This document shows positions 23,623-37,900 of a DNA stretch of 64,000 nt, piece after piece. Source of the DNA: Psilocybe cubensis (Eukaryota). The notes beneath the pieces are model-generated. The model searched no databases. It saw only the letters and a program-made list of their open reading frames with translations, and had not been told where the DNA came from. The position numbers were made by a program, and so were the translations under genes. Position 1 is the first letter of the stretch. Every line of letters starts with the position of its first letter. The stretch is from NCBI GenBank assembly GCA_017499595.2, contig CM039000.1, positions 3,472,001-3,536,000 on the forward strand. Direction: 5' to 3'.

Positions 23623-26600
23623 CGCATGTCGACGATATCCCCTACAAGTCAAAAACTCCTCGGCTCAGTGAATCAAACTTGGTTCGCAAGTTCAAAACCC
23701 ACTGACGAACTACTCTTTGACCGAAAAGCAGTATTTTCGGAAATGCGCCAGGACATGCAGCATGTCTCGCTCCATGGCGCCATGAGTTGGGCGTAATACG
23801 GTAGATTTTTAATACAAGAAGCGTCAGCGCGCCTTCGTATTGGAGTCGGTAGAAAAACAACATACATATGTCAAAGAACAGTTCGGACAAAGCAGTCCTC
23901 GGCACCGGTCTAAAATGACGTTTAATTTGCTGACGTCTTGCCAGCTGTGCAATAAGTACTGTTCGCTGCCTTGCCTATGTCTTATCTGTAACAATATACA
24001 AGCAAAAGAAAGTTCGTCGAGAATATATCATTTACTGACATGCGGTGACTATTAAAATGTCATTCAATGTCGAATTTTCGGTGGTAAATTCAAGTGCTAT
24101 CACACCTCGGATAATAATAGCATTAACGATCAGTGGCCAACTCTCGAATGCTGATCCTGAACGCTCAAAATAAATTTCAAAACGGGTTTTAATTTTTCTC
24201 GCACCCAGATTTTCTTTCTCTTCGCGTCGAATGCAGTCCCCATCCCGAATACTGCAGTATAATTGAATGGGACCCGGTGAAAAGATTTCACACTTCCCTT
24301 CAGACCACCGAGTAGTTTTTTTTGATGTCAGGCTAAGTCAACAGGAGTATAATGCACTACAGACCCTAAAATATAGATGCGGCACAGTTGAATGGCGCCA
24401 TCATTGAATCATGATGAAGATTTGCTCCAACTGCACCCAGAATAAAGACGTACTTCAGCATCAAACGTTCAAAGACCAACAGTTGAAGTTGATTGAAGAA
24501 GAGAACAGTCACAGCGGCGCAGGTTCGAAGTAATGGGATGACTTTGGATTGGCTTCCTTTGCTTCAGTCTGAAGAGCATCAAAAATCATGAGATCAGTCA
24601 AGCAAAATTTGCATATATGGTTCAGTTTCAAGTCCATGGGTCGCTTGTCCATTGACTAGAATCGCTCGAAGATGATAGATATGGGTTGCTAGCCTGTCGA
24701 TTACAAGTATTTGAAGCGGGTCAACCATCAAGGTAGACTGAGCACGTACTAAGTATAAGGTATTACAACGTGTGCTTCATTCAGGGCTAGATGCTCGTAT
24801 AGTCCCTATCTTAGTCGATGCATATGCAGAGACCACGGTAAGGGGTCTTCGGCGATGCTGTGTGGGACCCAAGGCCGTGTCCGCCAGCGATCAACATCAA
24901 AGGTGGAGAAGTCGGAAGATAGGGGAGTATGTGGGGTCGGCCAAAGTCAAATCAACTCATCAGTTCACTTTGAAAGTCATTCACACTGAGGGAAGACTTG
25001 ATTCATGCGTTCAATTGGAATTCGCGTGTGTGTCGGAGGATGCGTGTCCGAACGCGAGGGGACAGGAAAGAAGACTCGGGACGCAAAACAATTCACCCGG
25101 AATTCGGTCGGCAATATGAAATGTCATACCTCATGCTCGCTCCTAAGTGTTTGCAAAATGAACAAAACGAGTCCCGACGTAAGTTGCAAATCCTGTGCAG
25201 AAGATGTGACGGGGAGCGAAAGGTGAAGCTCTGAAGACTGAGACTCTGATTCAAGAAGAAAATAGCTCATTGAGTTCGAAACACATTGATTCTCTTAATT
25301 GTCCAGACTCACGCTGCACGCACGATACCAGCCAATTTATAGCTCTGTATGTGAGAAGGACGACAGTTCGATGATTCGGCGATAATCGCAGCATACATCT
25401 ATTTATAAACGTTCATTTTGGTGGCTTAAAATAAAAAAAGCCAGGAACATCGACTTCGTATGATCAACAAAGTCGTGACATCAAAAAAATCGATAATTTG
25501 AGAGTGCCGGTCTTGAATGAATGCCTATACACAGAGAATTCGAAGTCTTCGCGCGGGGAAGGAAGTGGAGCATTTTGAACGGGCGTTGAATCAGGCGGTT
25601 TGCTCGGTGACTGCATCAGTGGATTCCAGCCATAACATTGAGCGCGGCGACTGCCGATAACCTCGGCGACGGGGATGGAGCCTCGCAGTTGAATGTACCA
25701 CAGATGACCTTTAGATTTGGGGTTCGTCTCCCCAGTTGAAGTGAGGTTATCGGAATGGTCGGAAATTATTATGAGAGAGATAGGGGTTAGGAAATGAATG
25801 TAATGCGCGATGTTTCGGCGATGCCTAGCATTGAAAAAAGGAATGAAAGGAGGCAGGGAAAATGGAGGACATGCATGAGGCGATGTTTATCCCAGAGGAT
25901 AGATAGACTTGGTGAAAGGCAGTCCTGGTATATTGCGTTTCACTAAGTTAATCAATAAACAATGAAGCAGGAGTCTGGAAAGTAGGCGCCCATTGGGACT
26001 GTATATGTCTGCCAGATACAGTCGTATAAGTTCGGTAAGTAGATATCGTAGAAACATGGATGCATACCCAGATGGAATGCAAGTTATTTCATTAACGACT
26101 GACGTAGACACCATGTTAAGCGCTGAAATGTATCACTCACATTACCTTTCCGGAGCAATTGATTTTGTTGGTTGCTGGGTGAGAAGCGCACTAAAATCTA
26201 GAAACTGTATGGTTCAGATCCTGATTATTATCCATAAAGAGAATAAGAATAATCAAACGAGAGGAACATTCCTTGACTGATAGCAGCCCAAAACTCGATA
26301 GAGGCCGAAAAATTGATCAATCCAACTTCTTAGTGAACCAGGGTGAAAAACGATAGTATGGTAAATTATAAAAGAATGCGCATCTAATCAATGCATAAGA
26401 TTTAAGGTCTGTGGCGTTATCATCACCGCTTGGTGCAATGTCGACCTGCGTAGTATATGGAGAACAATGCGAGCTGTTAGGATGTTGAAAGTAAATGTTC
26501 AAAAATAATGACTGGATTCAGAAAATGTCAAATACTCATCACTGTTCGCTTCCAACCCTCTACACGTCAGTTTGTGTGTTCGCAGACAGAACTGATAACT

Positions 26601-29600
26601 TTGATACTATCGGCCCAGGCGTAGATTATTCGGAATCCAGACGTAACTAGACCTTCCGCATCTTGCTTGGTCTACTCAGAAGCGGTCTGCTCACATGCCG
26701 AAGAGAAACATCACATCAGAGCCCGGGAGCAAATCGCTTTCGATCGAGGAAACCCAAGACAATTCATCGACACAGAACCAGTCAGAACCTCATTGCGCTG
26801 TGGTCCCTTAATTTATCCGGCTGGATGAATGCAAAAGAAAGCTGAACTGAAATCTCCCCAAGGCCAAGTTCGAATCGAACGCGAACGGCCAACAAACACA
26901 GACAGAGAAGGCCTCATACTTGCCAGAGTTGCGTCATACAACGGGAAAAGACGGTGGACGGGTAGTCATTTGATGCAGTGGATCATTCCTCGCGCGAGCA
27001 AGTGTGACGAGCCCAGCCCAAGTATGAGGAGCGGATAACCGGAGTAGGACGGGTCGCAATTAATCGACCCGTGTCTGTGCGGGGCTGCTTTGTACTTGTG
27101 ATTTGAAATACGCACGCAGCTTCATGTACCAGAAGCACAGGTGGTCGACGATAAAGGAATGGCGAGCATCAAGAGAAAGGAACACGGGTCACGGATCTAC
27201 ACCCTTCAGTCATCGGAGTCGGATCCAAAGCAAACCACTACTCCCAAGTTCAGAATCGGAACAAGAACAGGAAGAAAGGGCAAGAGCTGAGTGACCGACG
27301 GCTCTGAGCGGTAATCAGAGTGCGCTTGCTTGTTGGGCCTGATGCGGTCCCTGAAGTTGTAGGCGGTTGTGGTGGTCAGTGGCAAACGTCTCTGCAAGGA
27401 AGTTTTCGCCAAAAGAGGACAAAGACAATGCGTCTCTGGCGCGAGCACGTGACTGATTAGGGGAACGCGTTCCTGCCAATGCCGCCTTGCCATGAAACGC
27501 TTCCCCAAGTCTTCCTTGGATATTGGAAGAGTCGAGGGGTACAACATGCTAAGCATAGCCAATAGAGTAGACGACACGCTTTATCACAGCATTGTACTGT
27601 ATTGTGAGCGTATATTTTTCGAACCAGGTTACTAATAGTATTACTTACTAGTACAGATGATCATGACTCCCCGACGCGATGACGACTGAAAGCTACCGTG
27701 ACTCTTAGCTATCCAGAAGTGACTGCCAGTAGGTTTGTATTTTGTTTGTACTCGTGTTTACACCCGCACCCAGTCCGTTACTACGACCGAGCTAAGATGT
27801 TACCAAGGTATGAGTAGAAACTCTATTGATACTGTCTACCAGAAGGAATAAGTATACAACGCCGTACCCAATCCAAATTCAACGGTCGCACCATGTTTTT
27901 CTGAAATACGAGTGCCGTTACGGTGCGCCCCATTAGGGCGCAAAACACGTTAGATTGACATTTCCGAGTGTCCGAGCCTGCCACGTTTTTTTTCTCTCCA
28001 ATCTCCGCGTTTCAACAGTAGTACGTTGGCCATTGTACGTACATGGGCCACACTTACGGTTTTCTTGGAATTGGAATTTTGGATGGCCCTTGGGCCTTAA
28101 TGGCACAAATTTCATTGAGGTTCAGCACTAGGCAATGTCAACACATCACACTCAGAAAATTCAAATTGCTGTATTCATTGTACTCAGTAAGTAGAGCTGT
28201 GTCTTCTGCGGGCCTTAACAAGTTCGAAATCCGAATCGGCTCAAAATTTTATTTCATTTGTTCGGTGAAGCATCAAAGGCGGTTAAGCTCTCGGATTTAT
28301 TCAGCCAGCTCACCATTGACTATAACCGCATTAAATTTAAACCAAGTAGAATACTGTACACCAGCGCACCGCATTACCCAAGAAAGACGAATTAAAACGA
28401 GGATGGAAGACGACGATCCCACCCGAAACATACTATATCAGGCCACAAAGCGCGCTAAAGCGCCTTTGTTTTATTGTTCTTCTTTCTAGGTAAATATCTG
28501 CCAATGGTTAGATTAATTGCTTTGATGATGCGTCGATTCCCGTATGATGCGCCAATGCGCCATCGCTCCGAAGTCATCATCGCGGACTCGAACCGCTTGG
28601 AAATATCTCGCCACTTGCCGATCGACAACATCTTCATCTTCATCGTCATGATGATCACTGACAGTGAAAGCCGGTACGAGTGCTATACTTACACACACAC
28701 ACACAATGAGCAGGGACAAAAAGACAAAGGACAATGGGTTGCCATGTAAACCCGCCTCTAGTTCTTCTCAGTTCGCACCCCGTCCGTCCATCTTTCCTGA
28801 TTTCTTCCGAACCGACGACTTCCCGTTATAGCCAAACGGATCCAATCGTCGCCATCGTCGATGACGACGACAACGATGAGGAGACCTTGTACTTTTTATT
28901 CTTGTATTTATTTTTACGTTGTTTTTGACCGGCCACCGTCCCCGTCCCCAACAGCGCAACGGGCCTTTAGCGCTGCCACGTTATATTTCTCTTATGGCAT
29001 CGACCGCTAGCCAGCAGTCCCGTCGCCAAGCCAAATAAAAGTCTAAGCCACGCCGTCGCCTCCCCGCTAGAACGCTTTGTTCGAAGCTCGCGTTTATGCT
29101 TTGAGCCACCATTGTTTGTGGACCCTGTCCAGTTGCTACTGAACGTCTTTATGTGCTTTTTACTGCTAAATCGCCAAGTGCGCATGTACTATTGAGCACA
29201 CAAAGATTACAGGATACGAATTCGGAGTCTACTCGGAAAGCAGTGTAATAATATTCATGTATAGGGACATTTGAATCCAAGAGAAACACAATGACATTCG
29301 ATTCTTGGAAAGTATCATTAATTACTATCAAAGCATCACAATTCCAAAATATATTCCTCAGGCCTCAAAGCTCAAGCCTCATAAATCACCTATACTCGAG
29401 TCGACCTTCCATTCGGGCATCGGATTCGGTGGGGTAACGACTGCTCCCCACCCCCACCTCCTCCCCAACTCCCCAACCCAATCCATCCAGCAACTCTGAA
29501 AACACCCTCTCTAAAAATTTTATCGAACGCACGATCACCCAATCAAAATCATAAACGGGCATAAACCCGACTGGTGGGCTTTAGCCTTTCAAAGTTTTTT

Positions 29601-31954
29601 CTTTGAATCCAGGGGTCGGTGTCGGGTGCTCGGTCGCTTTCCGCACGCGTCACGGTGTCATTTAAATTATTGCACTTCCCGATTTAGATATTATTCAGGG
29701 TCCTCAGGCTCAAAGCCATTGTTTGCCAGGCTATTCCGGTTTCCCCAAGAATTTTGGTTTATTGAGTCGGAATATGCGTATCGTTAATGCAGGTACTTAT
29801 TAAGTAACAACTGCACATATCTGGCTTGGAAAAGGATATGCCTTTGGGCGAATCGATTTTACTCAAGTCATGTGGATGTGGATGAAATCAGTGCGCCGGT
29901 GATGTACCCCGACGAATCGGGGTAAGGGCACGTCGTTCTCAACTCGACTTGACTCGAGGTGCGGTGAGCTACGAGCGGGTGCAGGTACAAGCAACTCCGC
30001 TTTGCGCGTGTGCTCAAGAAAGAGATCCTGTGGCAGCACCGTGGGTGGATTTTGGAGCGAGTATTACCACGATGACTCGAACTATGGCATTCACTGTAGT
30101 TAATCTTAATGAGAGTGGGAAACTTTTTTTTTGCGAATTGGATATCCGAGTCGGAGTGTCGTGTCGGGGAGTCATTATAATCACAGTAGTGTAAAGTAAC
30201 CTCTTCCGCACTCTACACTCTGAGTTAAATCGTTGGATGACCAACGTCCGGCGCCCATTCAATTGGAGGTTGGGGTTGCCCAATATCCATATATATTATT
30301 ACCAGTAGTAACCACAGCCTATCGGAACATGGTAAATGGCAAAGGGCTTTCTTACCTTACTTTTGATTATTAATGTATCACAAATACTAACACTAGCAGT
30401 CACACTAACGACCTCCTGACTGCCTGCCGTCGCGCCGTCACATGGCGCATCGAATCCGCCGCATCCAGTCGGGAGAGGATACGCGAGTCATTACAATTCC
30501 CCAAAGTGGAAATCTGGCTCATTGGTGTGGGCTGCCCTGTTATGTTCCGCGTTTCCGAAAATTTAAAACCTAACCTAGCCTTATGGTCATGAATCATAGT
30601 TATGACTAGAATACGATCAGCCTGAAAGTCTGGAATTGAGCTCTTACGTTACAGATTGGCTATCTGCCCACAAATGTACATTCGAATGGTTAGTTGGAAT
30701 GTATATCCCAAATTTTGTACCCACGCTCAACTAGTCACTTGCCTGATTTTTGCCACGGCGACATGCAGTGTCTGTGATAATAATTGAGAGAACAATGGGA
30801 CGAGGGCGGTTCAGCTCTCAGGCATTCAAAATTCGGAAGGCACACTTACGTGCTCGCTGCTGATGGCGGGTACCAGTCCGTAGGGCGCGACGTGTTAACT
30901 GCGGCACCGGCGTCTCTGCACCGCTAATCATTGTGATCAGGTCGCAGTCTCGCAGCCTGAAAGTCGCGCAGTAGTGACCGTAGTAACTATGTACAGGTCA
31001 CGAGATGGGACGGCGTTTCCGCAAAAATCATGACTTGTAATGTTGTCATTACGAATTTGTAGTACGTCCCCGCCGGAAAGACAACTGTAGCTTATGTTTA
31101 CATCCGGCGGCTCGACATCGAGGAGCTAGTTACTGGTAAAGGTGATAGTTGCCTTGGGCGGTCGCCGACTCGGACATGAAATTTAAATTTATTTGACACA
31201 AGCTTTCCTTTGCCTTGATATATTATCGACATTTTTCTGGATGACAGACTGGCCCTGGTAGACATATAATAAAAAAATTTAACACGATATAACCGACGGG
31301 CGCGTCGCTGGACGGGTTTTACATGATGGTTGGGGAGGTACTCGATTAGTCAGAGAGGCGCAGAGGCCGGTGCAGTGACCCGCTGATGGATGTTCGAATT
31401 TTTACGGCGCTAACATGTCCCAATAGGGGATCCACAAAGCGTCCACCAGAATTTTGGCGATTAGCGCTCGAAGGAGCGAAACGGGGAGTTGGTCCAATCA
31501 CGGGGCCGAGGATGGGTGAGACTGGATGAACAGAAAAGGCGAATAGAGAAGAAGGCCTAGTAAGTATTACAGCAGCGTCGAACAATGGACAATGGACGAT
31601 TCCATTGTCATTGGGCCAATCTATCACGATCGACGTATATGATAGTCCTTAGGTATGTCGTAGAAAACAGCTTCCAAGCGGCCTGTATTGGATATCGGGC
31701 ATTGGCCTGACGTGGCTGCTCACGGTAATCGGGGAGTAGTCGCTGTAGCCGTAGGACGAGTCAGCTCTGCGGGTGCGCAGTCAGCAGGCGACCGAAAGAG
31801 GCAATCGGTGACACAGCCGTCGTGGCAGGGATTGGGTAAGCCGAATGGATTTGTGGTTGCCGAACTGAACGGGAGAGACGAGCTGAGCCGGTTCGTCTGG
31901 CAGATCTCAGATCGATCTCGCACTTGTCGGCTCTCTCACTGACCCGATTTCCTT

Positions 31955-31961
31955 TATATAA
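31955..31961 (+). promoter_or_regulatory. TATA box of the cyclin gene
   Basis: TATATAA ending 46 nt before the ATG at 32007, followed by CA/CT-rich leader-like sequence. Confidence 0.6.
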
Positions 31962-32006
31962 GTCCTCCATGACTCTGAGCACTCACCACATTCATCGCCC
32001 CAGAAC

Positions 32007-33084
32007 ATGGCCTCTCCCGCTTCCTCATCGTCGTCCATGTCTTCCAGCTCTTCTCCTGTCCACCACGCCAGCCTCGTAGACCCCGCCCGCCACAATCCAG
32101 CTCTCCTACAGCTTGTCGACTTCAAGGTCTCAAGGCAGGTCATCGGTGAGTACAGCACAGCATCGCCAGCTCTACTTGCTTATCTGACTTGCAATTTTTT
32201 AGAATACACAATCGACATAGTCGTCGAGACTGTTGACTACGCTTTGGGACGAACAACTCCATCTTCTTCGCGCGGACGCCCTCTCCGTCGGCCAGAACAT
32301 GCAAAGTTCTCCGACTTCGTATCTAAAGTCCTCACCCGCGCCGAGGTCACAATGCCAACTCTTCTCGCGACCCTCGCATACATCGACAGGGCTCGCCCCC
32401 ATCTCCACATCGGTATGGAGGAGTGGGCTTTGGAGCGAGTATTTCTCGGGGCTCTCATCGTGGCGTCAAAGGTGCGCGCTTGTTTACCCCACTCCATTCT
32501 GCGCATTTACTGATCATCTTATCTCGCAGTATCTCAACGATTCGACGCTCAAGAACGTTCACTGGGCCATGTGCACGAGTGTATTTGGAAAGCGGGATGT
32601 GGGCCGCATCGAGCGCGAGTTCCTCGATGTGCTCAACTTTGAGTTGAAGATTACGGAGGATGATCTCATGAGCCACTACCAGGGATTAGCAGATGCTGTC
32701 TCGCTATCATCTTCCCGGCGCCCCGTCGAATCCGTCAAGGAGGCCAGCCTCCCCACCTACACCCACACGGAGAGACGCCACTCCCGCCGTCGCCCCGCAC
32801 CAGTTGCATCTGCAGTCCCCGAACTTTCTCCTCCCAGCCCCGTTTCTTCCTCATCATCTTCATCATCATCACCATCCGACTCGCCGCGCACTCCAGAGTC
32901 GATGGACATCGACCCCGCGTCACCTGCCAAGCGCTCGATGGAGCACCCGTCGAAACACCACATTCAGCTACCGCTGCCGCACCAGGCGAACCCAACCACA
33001 GCGCGCAAGATGATGAACGCTGCGCAATTCTCGACGATGGAGCTGCTGCGGTCCTTCCCCATACCCAGAATGACCACCGCATGA
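32007..33084 (+). CDS. Pho85-type cyclin, Pcl1/Pcl2 (Pho80-like cyclin box) family, with a PEST-like C-terminal tail
   Basis: Exons 32007-32145, 32203-32471 and 32530-33084 (GT-AG). Cyclin box FVSKVLTRAEVTMPTLLATLAYIDR...ERVFLGALIVASK-YLNDSTLKNVHWA...FGKRDVGRIEREFLDVLNFEL. N-terminal HASLVDPARHNPALLQLV. Ser/Pro-rich tail with several SP/TP sites. Confidence 0.9.
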
Positions 33085-34452
33085 AGAGCCTCCTTCGGAC
33101 TGCGCTTTCTTGGGTTTTCTTGTTTCCTGTTTCCTACTGCTCTCTCGTCAACGCCCACCTGTCATATGCATCTGTAACTCTTTTCTATCCCGCCAAACAT
33201 CATATTCCTTTAACTTAATTCATTTTCGGCTGCCTCTCGAACTCGACTTTCCTACACACGCACACGCACACAATTAACCGACGTCACTGCCCCACCACCC
33301 AAAAGCGAGCGCCGAGTATAACATTCGTTCCGCCAAGCGCGCTGCATTGCCTTCAATTTGCTGTCTCTTTTTTTTCTTTATTTTATATTTCCACATTGTT
33401 GTTGTTTTCAAAATCATATTCCCCACCATCATATCCAACCATTCCAAACGTTATGCATCCATCCATCATTCATTCAATTTTTTTTTGTTACACTTCATTC
33501 ATGTCTGTTTCCTTCTGATCATCATCATGCATTTTTCTAATCGTCGTTTTCTATACTACTCAATCATTCTACTAGTATTTTCTCTCTCCTCTTTTTTTTC
33601 CACACGCAATCTTACCGTACGTAGAACACTACCGAATAACAGCCAATTTTTTTTTTCTTCGCGAAACATTTCTTGTTTGTTGTTTTCACAACTCATTTTT
33701 GAAGAAATTACATCCCTCCTCCTCTTCCTCCTCTCAATTCAAATTGTTGTTGTATGTAGAAATAATCACTGTTGTACACTGTCTATCTCACTCTCCCTTC
33801 TCCTATTTTTTTTTATTCATAGTTCTTGTACCTCGTATACACCTAGATACCAGGTCCTCTCTCTCTCATATTTTTTTTGAGAATGCGCAATGATAAATAT
33901 TTTATCCATCTCCTTATCGGTGTGAAACTTGTGTCCTTCGATTTCGATTTCGATTTCTCGAACCTGGATTTCAGCAGTGCCGCGTCTCAGACTTTTTTGC
34001 GAAAAACCTCAGACTTGGACCTTCGTAAGACACGTTCGACTTTGGACCCTTGGTGCGCCAGAAACTCAGGACTCAGGACTCAGGAGCGAATTTGTCAACC
34101 CAGCTGCGACTATATATATCCGTGATTCCGCTCCGCAGATCAATGACATGGACAAAGTCTGAGGGGGGGTCTTGGGAGTCCATCAACGACTCCGACTCTC
34201 ATCATCAGTAATAGTATCATCAGAATCAGCCCTTTTGCATCAGCTTCAAGCTTCAGCAGCTGCCTTGCCTGGTTATTGCACGGCATGGACTCGGACAGTG
34301 AGAATATTGTTTTGCGTTTTGCTATCATCATCATCAGGCGCGTCGACGACGGCGACGACGACGACGTTGCAACAGAGCTTGAACTTTATCGGTGTTTAAT
34401 GCATGCAAGTATTGATTGTGTGATTTAACACTAAGTATTCGATATTCATCAG

Positions 34453-34493
34453 GTAACTGTAACTGTAACTGTAACTGTAACTGTAGCTGCAAC
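34453..34493 (+). repeat. Microsatellite (GTAACT)5 plus degenerate copies
   Basis: gtaact x5 (34453-34482) followed by gtagct gcaac. Confidence 0.9.
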
Positions 34494-34880
34494 GGCATTG
34501 ACCAACAGAAATTCTCGCAAGGAAAATCAGATCCACTGCTCGCGACTGAGAAGCCACGCGCGTTGTATCTTGTATCTGCATTTGCGGTGTTGAACACGTT
34601 TAGGTTCAAGTTAATCTTAATCGTGCCTTGCCTTTTTATGTGGTCGCGCAGAACGTTTTGGCGCCGACGCGCACACGCACGGCACGCATACACGCATACA
34701 TGATGATACCAATGCTCCAGCGCAGCATCAGGCTGTACACGGCACCACTTGCACTTGGACTACATGTACAGTGGCGCTGTCCATCATCGTGTTCAGAGGT
34801 AGCATAGTTGTGCTGATTTCATTTATGATTTCGTTGGAACAGTGTCCGCGGGATGACAAAAGTTGACAAATTGACATTTG

Positions 34881-34918
34881 TGGCACTGGCACTGGCACTG
34901 GCATTGGCACTGGCACTG
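34881..34918 (+). repeat. Microsatellite (TGGCAC)6, one unit variant
   Basis: tggcac tggcac tggcac tggcat tggcac tggcac tg. Confidence 0.9.
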
Positions 34919-37900
34919 GACGCGCGCTACTGTAACCGTCAGCCCGTCGCCATTCAATCTTCAATCTATGGCCCAAGTCGACCGTGACTTCACAAATTGA
35001 AGTGCATTAAAACACACCAACGCGTTAGCGGTGTACGTTAGCGTGTATAGTGTGCATTGGGGTGGAAACCAAGTTACTAGCTGCGATTCAGAACTCTACG
35101 CGCGCTGTCTGAATCTGATGCTCAGAGAAAGTCGCTACGGCGACGGCTAGAACAAAGCACGCGCAAAAAGGAATTTGGAAAACGGGGACGGGAAAAGGGT
35201 TCCCTGGACCGGCAGTGCAGTTGATGATGGGCCCACGAGCCCGGTCGCAGACGACCCGAATGATAGGCGGCGGGGAAAAATGACCCCTCTCATTGTTATC
35301 GCAGCCCGTGCGCCTACTACAGCAGACAAAGCTCTGATAAAATGGAAATCGGGATCGAACGTGCCATGCCCTTCCGCACAATGAGAGTAGCAGCGCTCTT
35401 AAGACTATTAGAAAAAGTGCTAAACACGATTAAAGCGACACAAGCACCATAACTAACAGACAGGTATGCGGAGACTCGTCGTATCCGCAAAACCCACCAA
35501 GAAAACTAGCAGTACAATATGCGGTGCTATAGGATTAGTAGCACAGCTATTCGACACACTAATCCAAATATGCCTGCTTGAGCTTGGACAGGTAAGTATT
35601 AGCGCTTGCCGCATTTGTCCCAGGGTTTACCCGATCTGTTGACAGAGGTTCAGCCCATCGTGGTTGGTGACTGTGCCTGTCCTGATAGTATCTGGACTAG
35701 CATTAGAACTTAAACACTCTAGATCAGGGTTTTTTGGAGGGAGGGAGGCCGGGTTAGGTGAGTTGGCTAGTTTGTTCTAGGTGGCCGTGCTATTATAAGC
35801 ATGTTCTGGAGTCTGGACTCGGACCTGGTCGAATGTCGCTGAATGTCGCGTTCAAGTTTTTTTCTTTCTTCAAAGTTGAACTTATTTTGTCCCAAGTGGC
35901 CTAAATCCAGAGGTAGAGGTGTGGAATTTCCCTTCTCGACCATGATTTCAATAAAAGAAGAAGGTCCTTGTTCTCTTTGACAGATCGCAGAACGCGAGTC
36001 GAAGATGATATTGATCGTCGCTCAATTGACCGATTCACAATTGACTAGCTGGCTGGCTCGTATTGAAGTTCGTGGTTCCATGAGTCATGATACATGATAC
36101 AATCAGTTATATCATTACCTTTCTCAAGAAAAGGAAATCAAACTTTGTGATTCAGAGTCTGTCGTGTGTAGGCGTATTTTTTTAAATTAGACCCTGGAAT
36201 AGATTATAGGAGGAGATGAAAATGAATCACATCACATCACATCAAAGACGACATCCGCTGCAGTGGGTGGCTTCACCGCATCTGCATCGCATCAGAGGAA
36301 CTCGTGTAGGATACTAGGGGAAAGACTTGATCAAAATAGAAATACGAGTAAGGGTGGAGCTTACTTTTCCCAGCGAATGTGGGCAGTGGCGGGGGCCTTG
36401 GTTGACATTCACGTACACCCAAGTCGCTCATGGGGTCAATTGAGGTGGCTTGAGTGCTGCACGGAAATTTCGAAACGAAGCAGACTCGACTATCGAGTCA
36501 TACGGCATCGCAAATCGTAAAACTCACTAGAATAGACAGTTTTTTACGATTATCCCCCTGGTATGTTCGAAATCGAATCATCTGCATCAAAACAGACTTC
36601 AGACTGACAGAAGAGGGCGAGGCGGCGTGAGTCATCCCGAGTAACCACGGCGTGGGTGGGACTTGCGACTCGTGTTGGGTGTTGGTGTACTAAAGCCTAC
36701 ACGCATGCACACGCGTGTATCACTATCACACATGTTCAGTTCACTCGAGCCGTGAGCGGGTGTCCGAGTCGAGTCTCGACTCACAACCTCAACTCCAGTA
36801 ATCTATAATCAAAAAAAGATTAACCACAAAATCTCATCGAGCAAACGGACATGCCCGTGATTACGCGCACGTTGCAAGACTTTGAATTTGAATTCAATTC
36901 GAGCCACAGGTCAAACGTAACCTCGCGCGCACGATCTTGAGCTCGAACTTCTTAGAAACGAGAGGACCTGAGAGGCTTCCATCAGCGAAAACCACACTGA
37001 GACTTTCCGCTTGGATTGCCAATGCGGGAATGTACATTACAATTGTAGGGTGTACAACCCTCGGGTATTATGTCGGGCACTGGGGACCCAGAGTAGAATT
37101 GTCAGAACGTAAATTACTGACCACGGTCAATGCGGCTTCTGAAATTCTGAAAGGACGGAAACCCGCGCATTGTTATTTTTCGTAGTGTTTTTACGGAAAA
37201 ATGGGATATTGCCGTATAATCCGTGGGAAATAATTGGATTTTCATACTAAATTATGGCAGAATTTAGAATTTAGCTCTGGATTTGCAGCGCATTACAATT
37301 TGGGTGGGAATCGACGGCGGGTAGCGGTGAAACTTTACCGCATTGGCCCTCTGCTGCTTGCGCTCACTCACGGTCTTCCGTGAGCTTGCGTGAACGCGGC
37401 CAAAGCAACACAGGTGGTTCGATTCTCGTACCCGGTACATATGCCGTGGACGCATCAACGCAACAAAAAAAGTCCAAAGCTTGAAAGTCGTATGTCAAGA
37501 ACGCGTTGTACATAATTGCACGCGTGTCAGGATGATTTCTTTCGAAGTTCACGGCGCGCGGGACACGTCGAGCTTACGCCCAGTGTCAGTCGCGATGTCA
37601 AGTTTGCGCTGCTGCAGGTCATAGTGGATTATGGTTACTGTGACCGAACCTGACTTTTTTCCGGGTCGAGTCTGAACGCCCGGGGGTGAGCTTTCCACGC
37701 GGTTGGTCGGCATGCATCGCGCCAGGTCGTGCCAAAGATAAAAATCCAAGATGGTATGATTATTTATCGGTCAGTTATCGGCCAGCGAGAAGTTGCGGTT
37801 CGTTGTTCAGTACTTTGCTCATTTCTGTTAATTTGCCCTGACAAACGACCCGAAACATACGATATATTGCCTAAATTAAAAAGGCAATATCCCATATATG

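Noticed and set aside
28455..29185. Short acidic/basic ORFs and a (CA)n tract suggesting a hidden gene
   Set aside because: Low-complexity GAT/GAC repeats explain the ORFs, and I could build no consistent spliced model.
31969..32079. Out-of-frame upstream ORF overlapping the cyclin start
   Set aside because: Its ATG is only 8 nt after the TATA box, so it is probably upstream of the transcription start. It would matter only if a longer 5' isoform exists.
33347..33880. 177-aa hydrophobic ORF after the cyclin (similar ORFs at 53886-54570)
   Set aside because: Non-ATG start. The Phe/Leu/Ile/Ser composition is explained by T-rich 3' UTR-like sequence.
37405..37440. GGTTCGATTC, a tRNA T-loop / B-box-like sequence
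   Set aside because: The flanks do not form a T-stem, and I could build no acceptor stem or D-arm.
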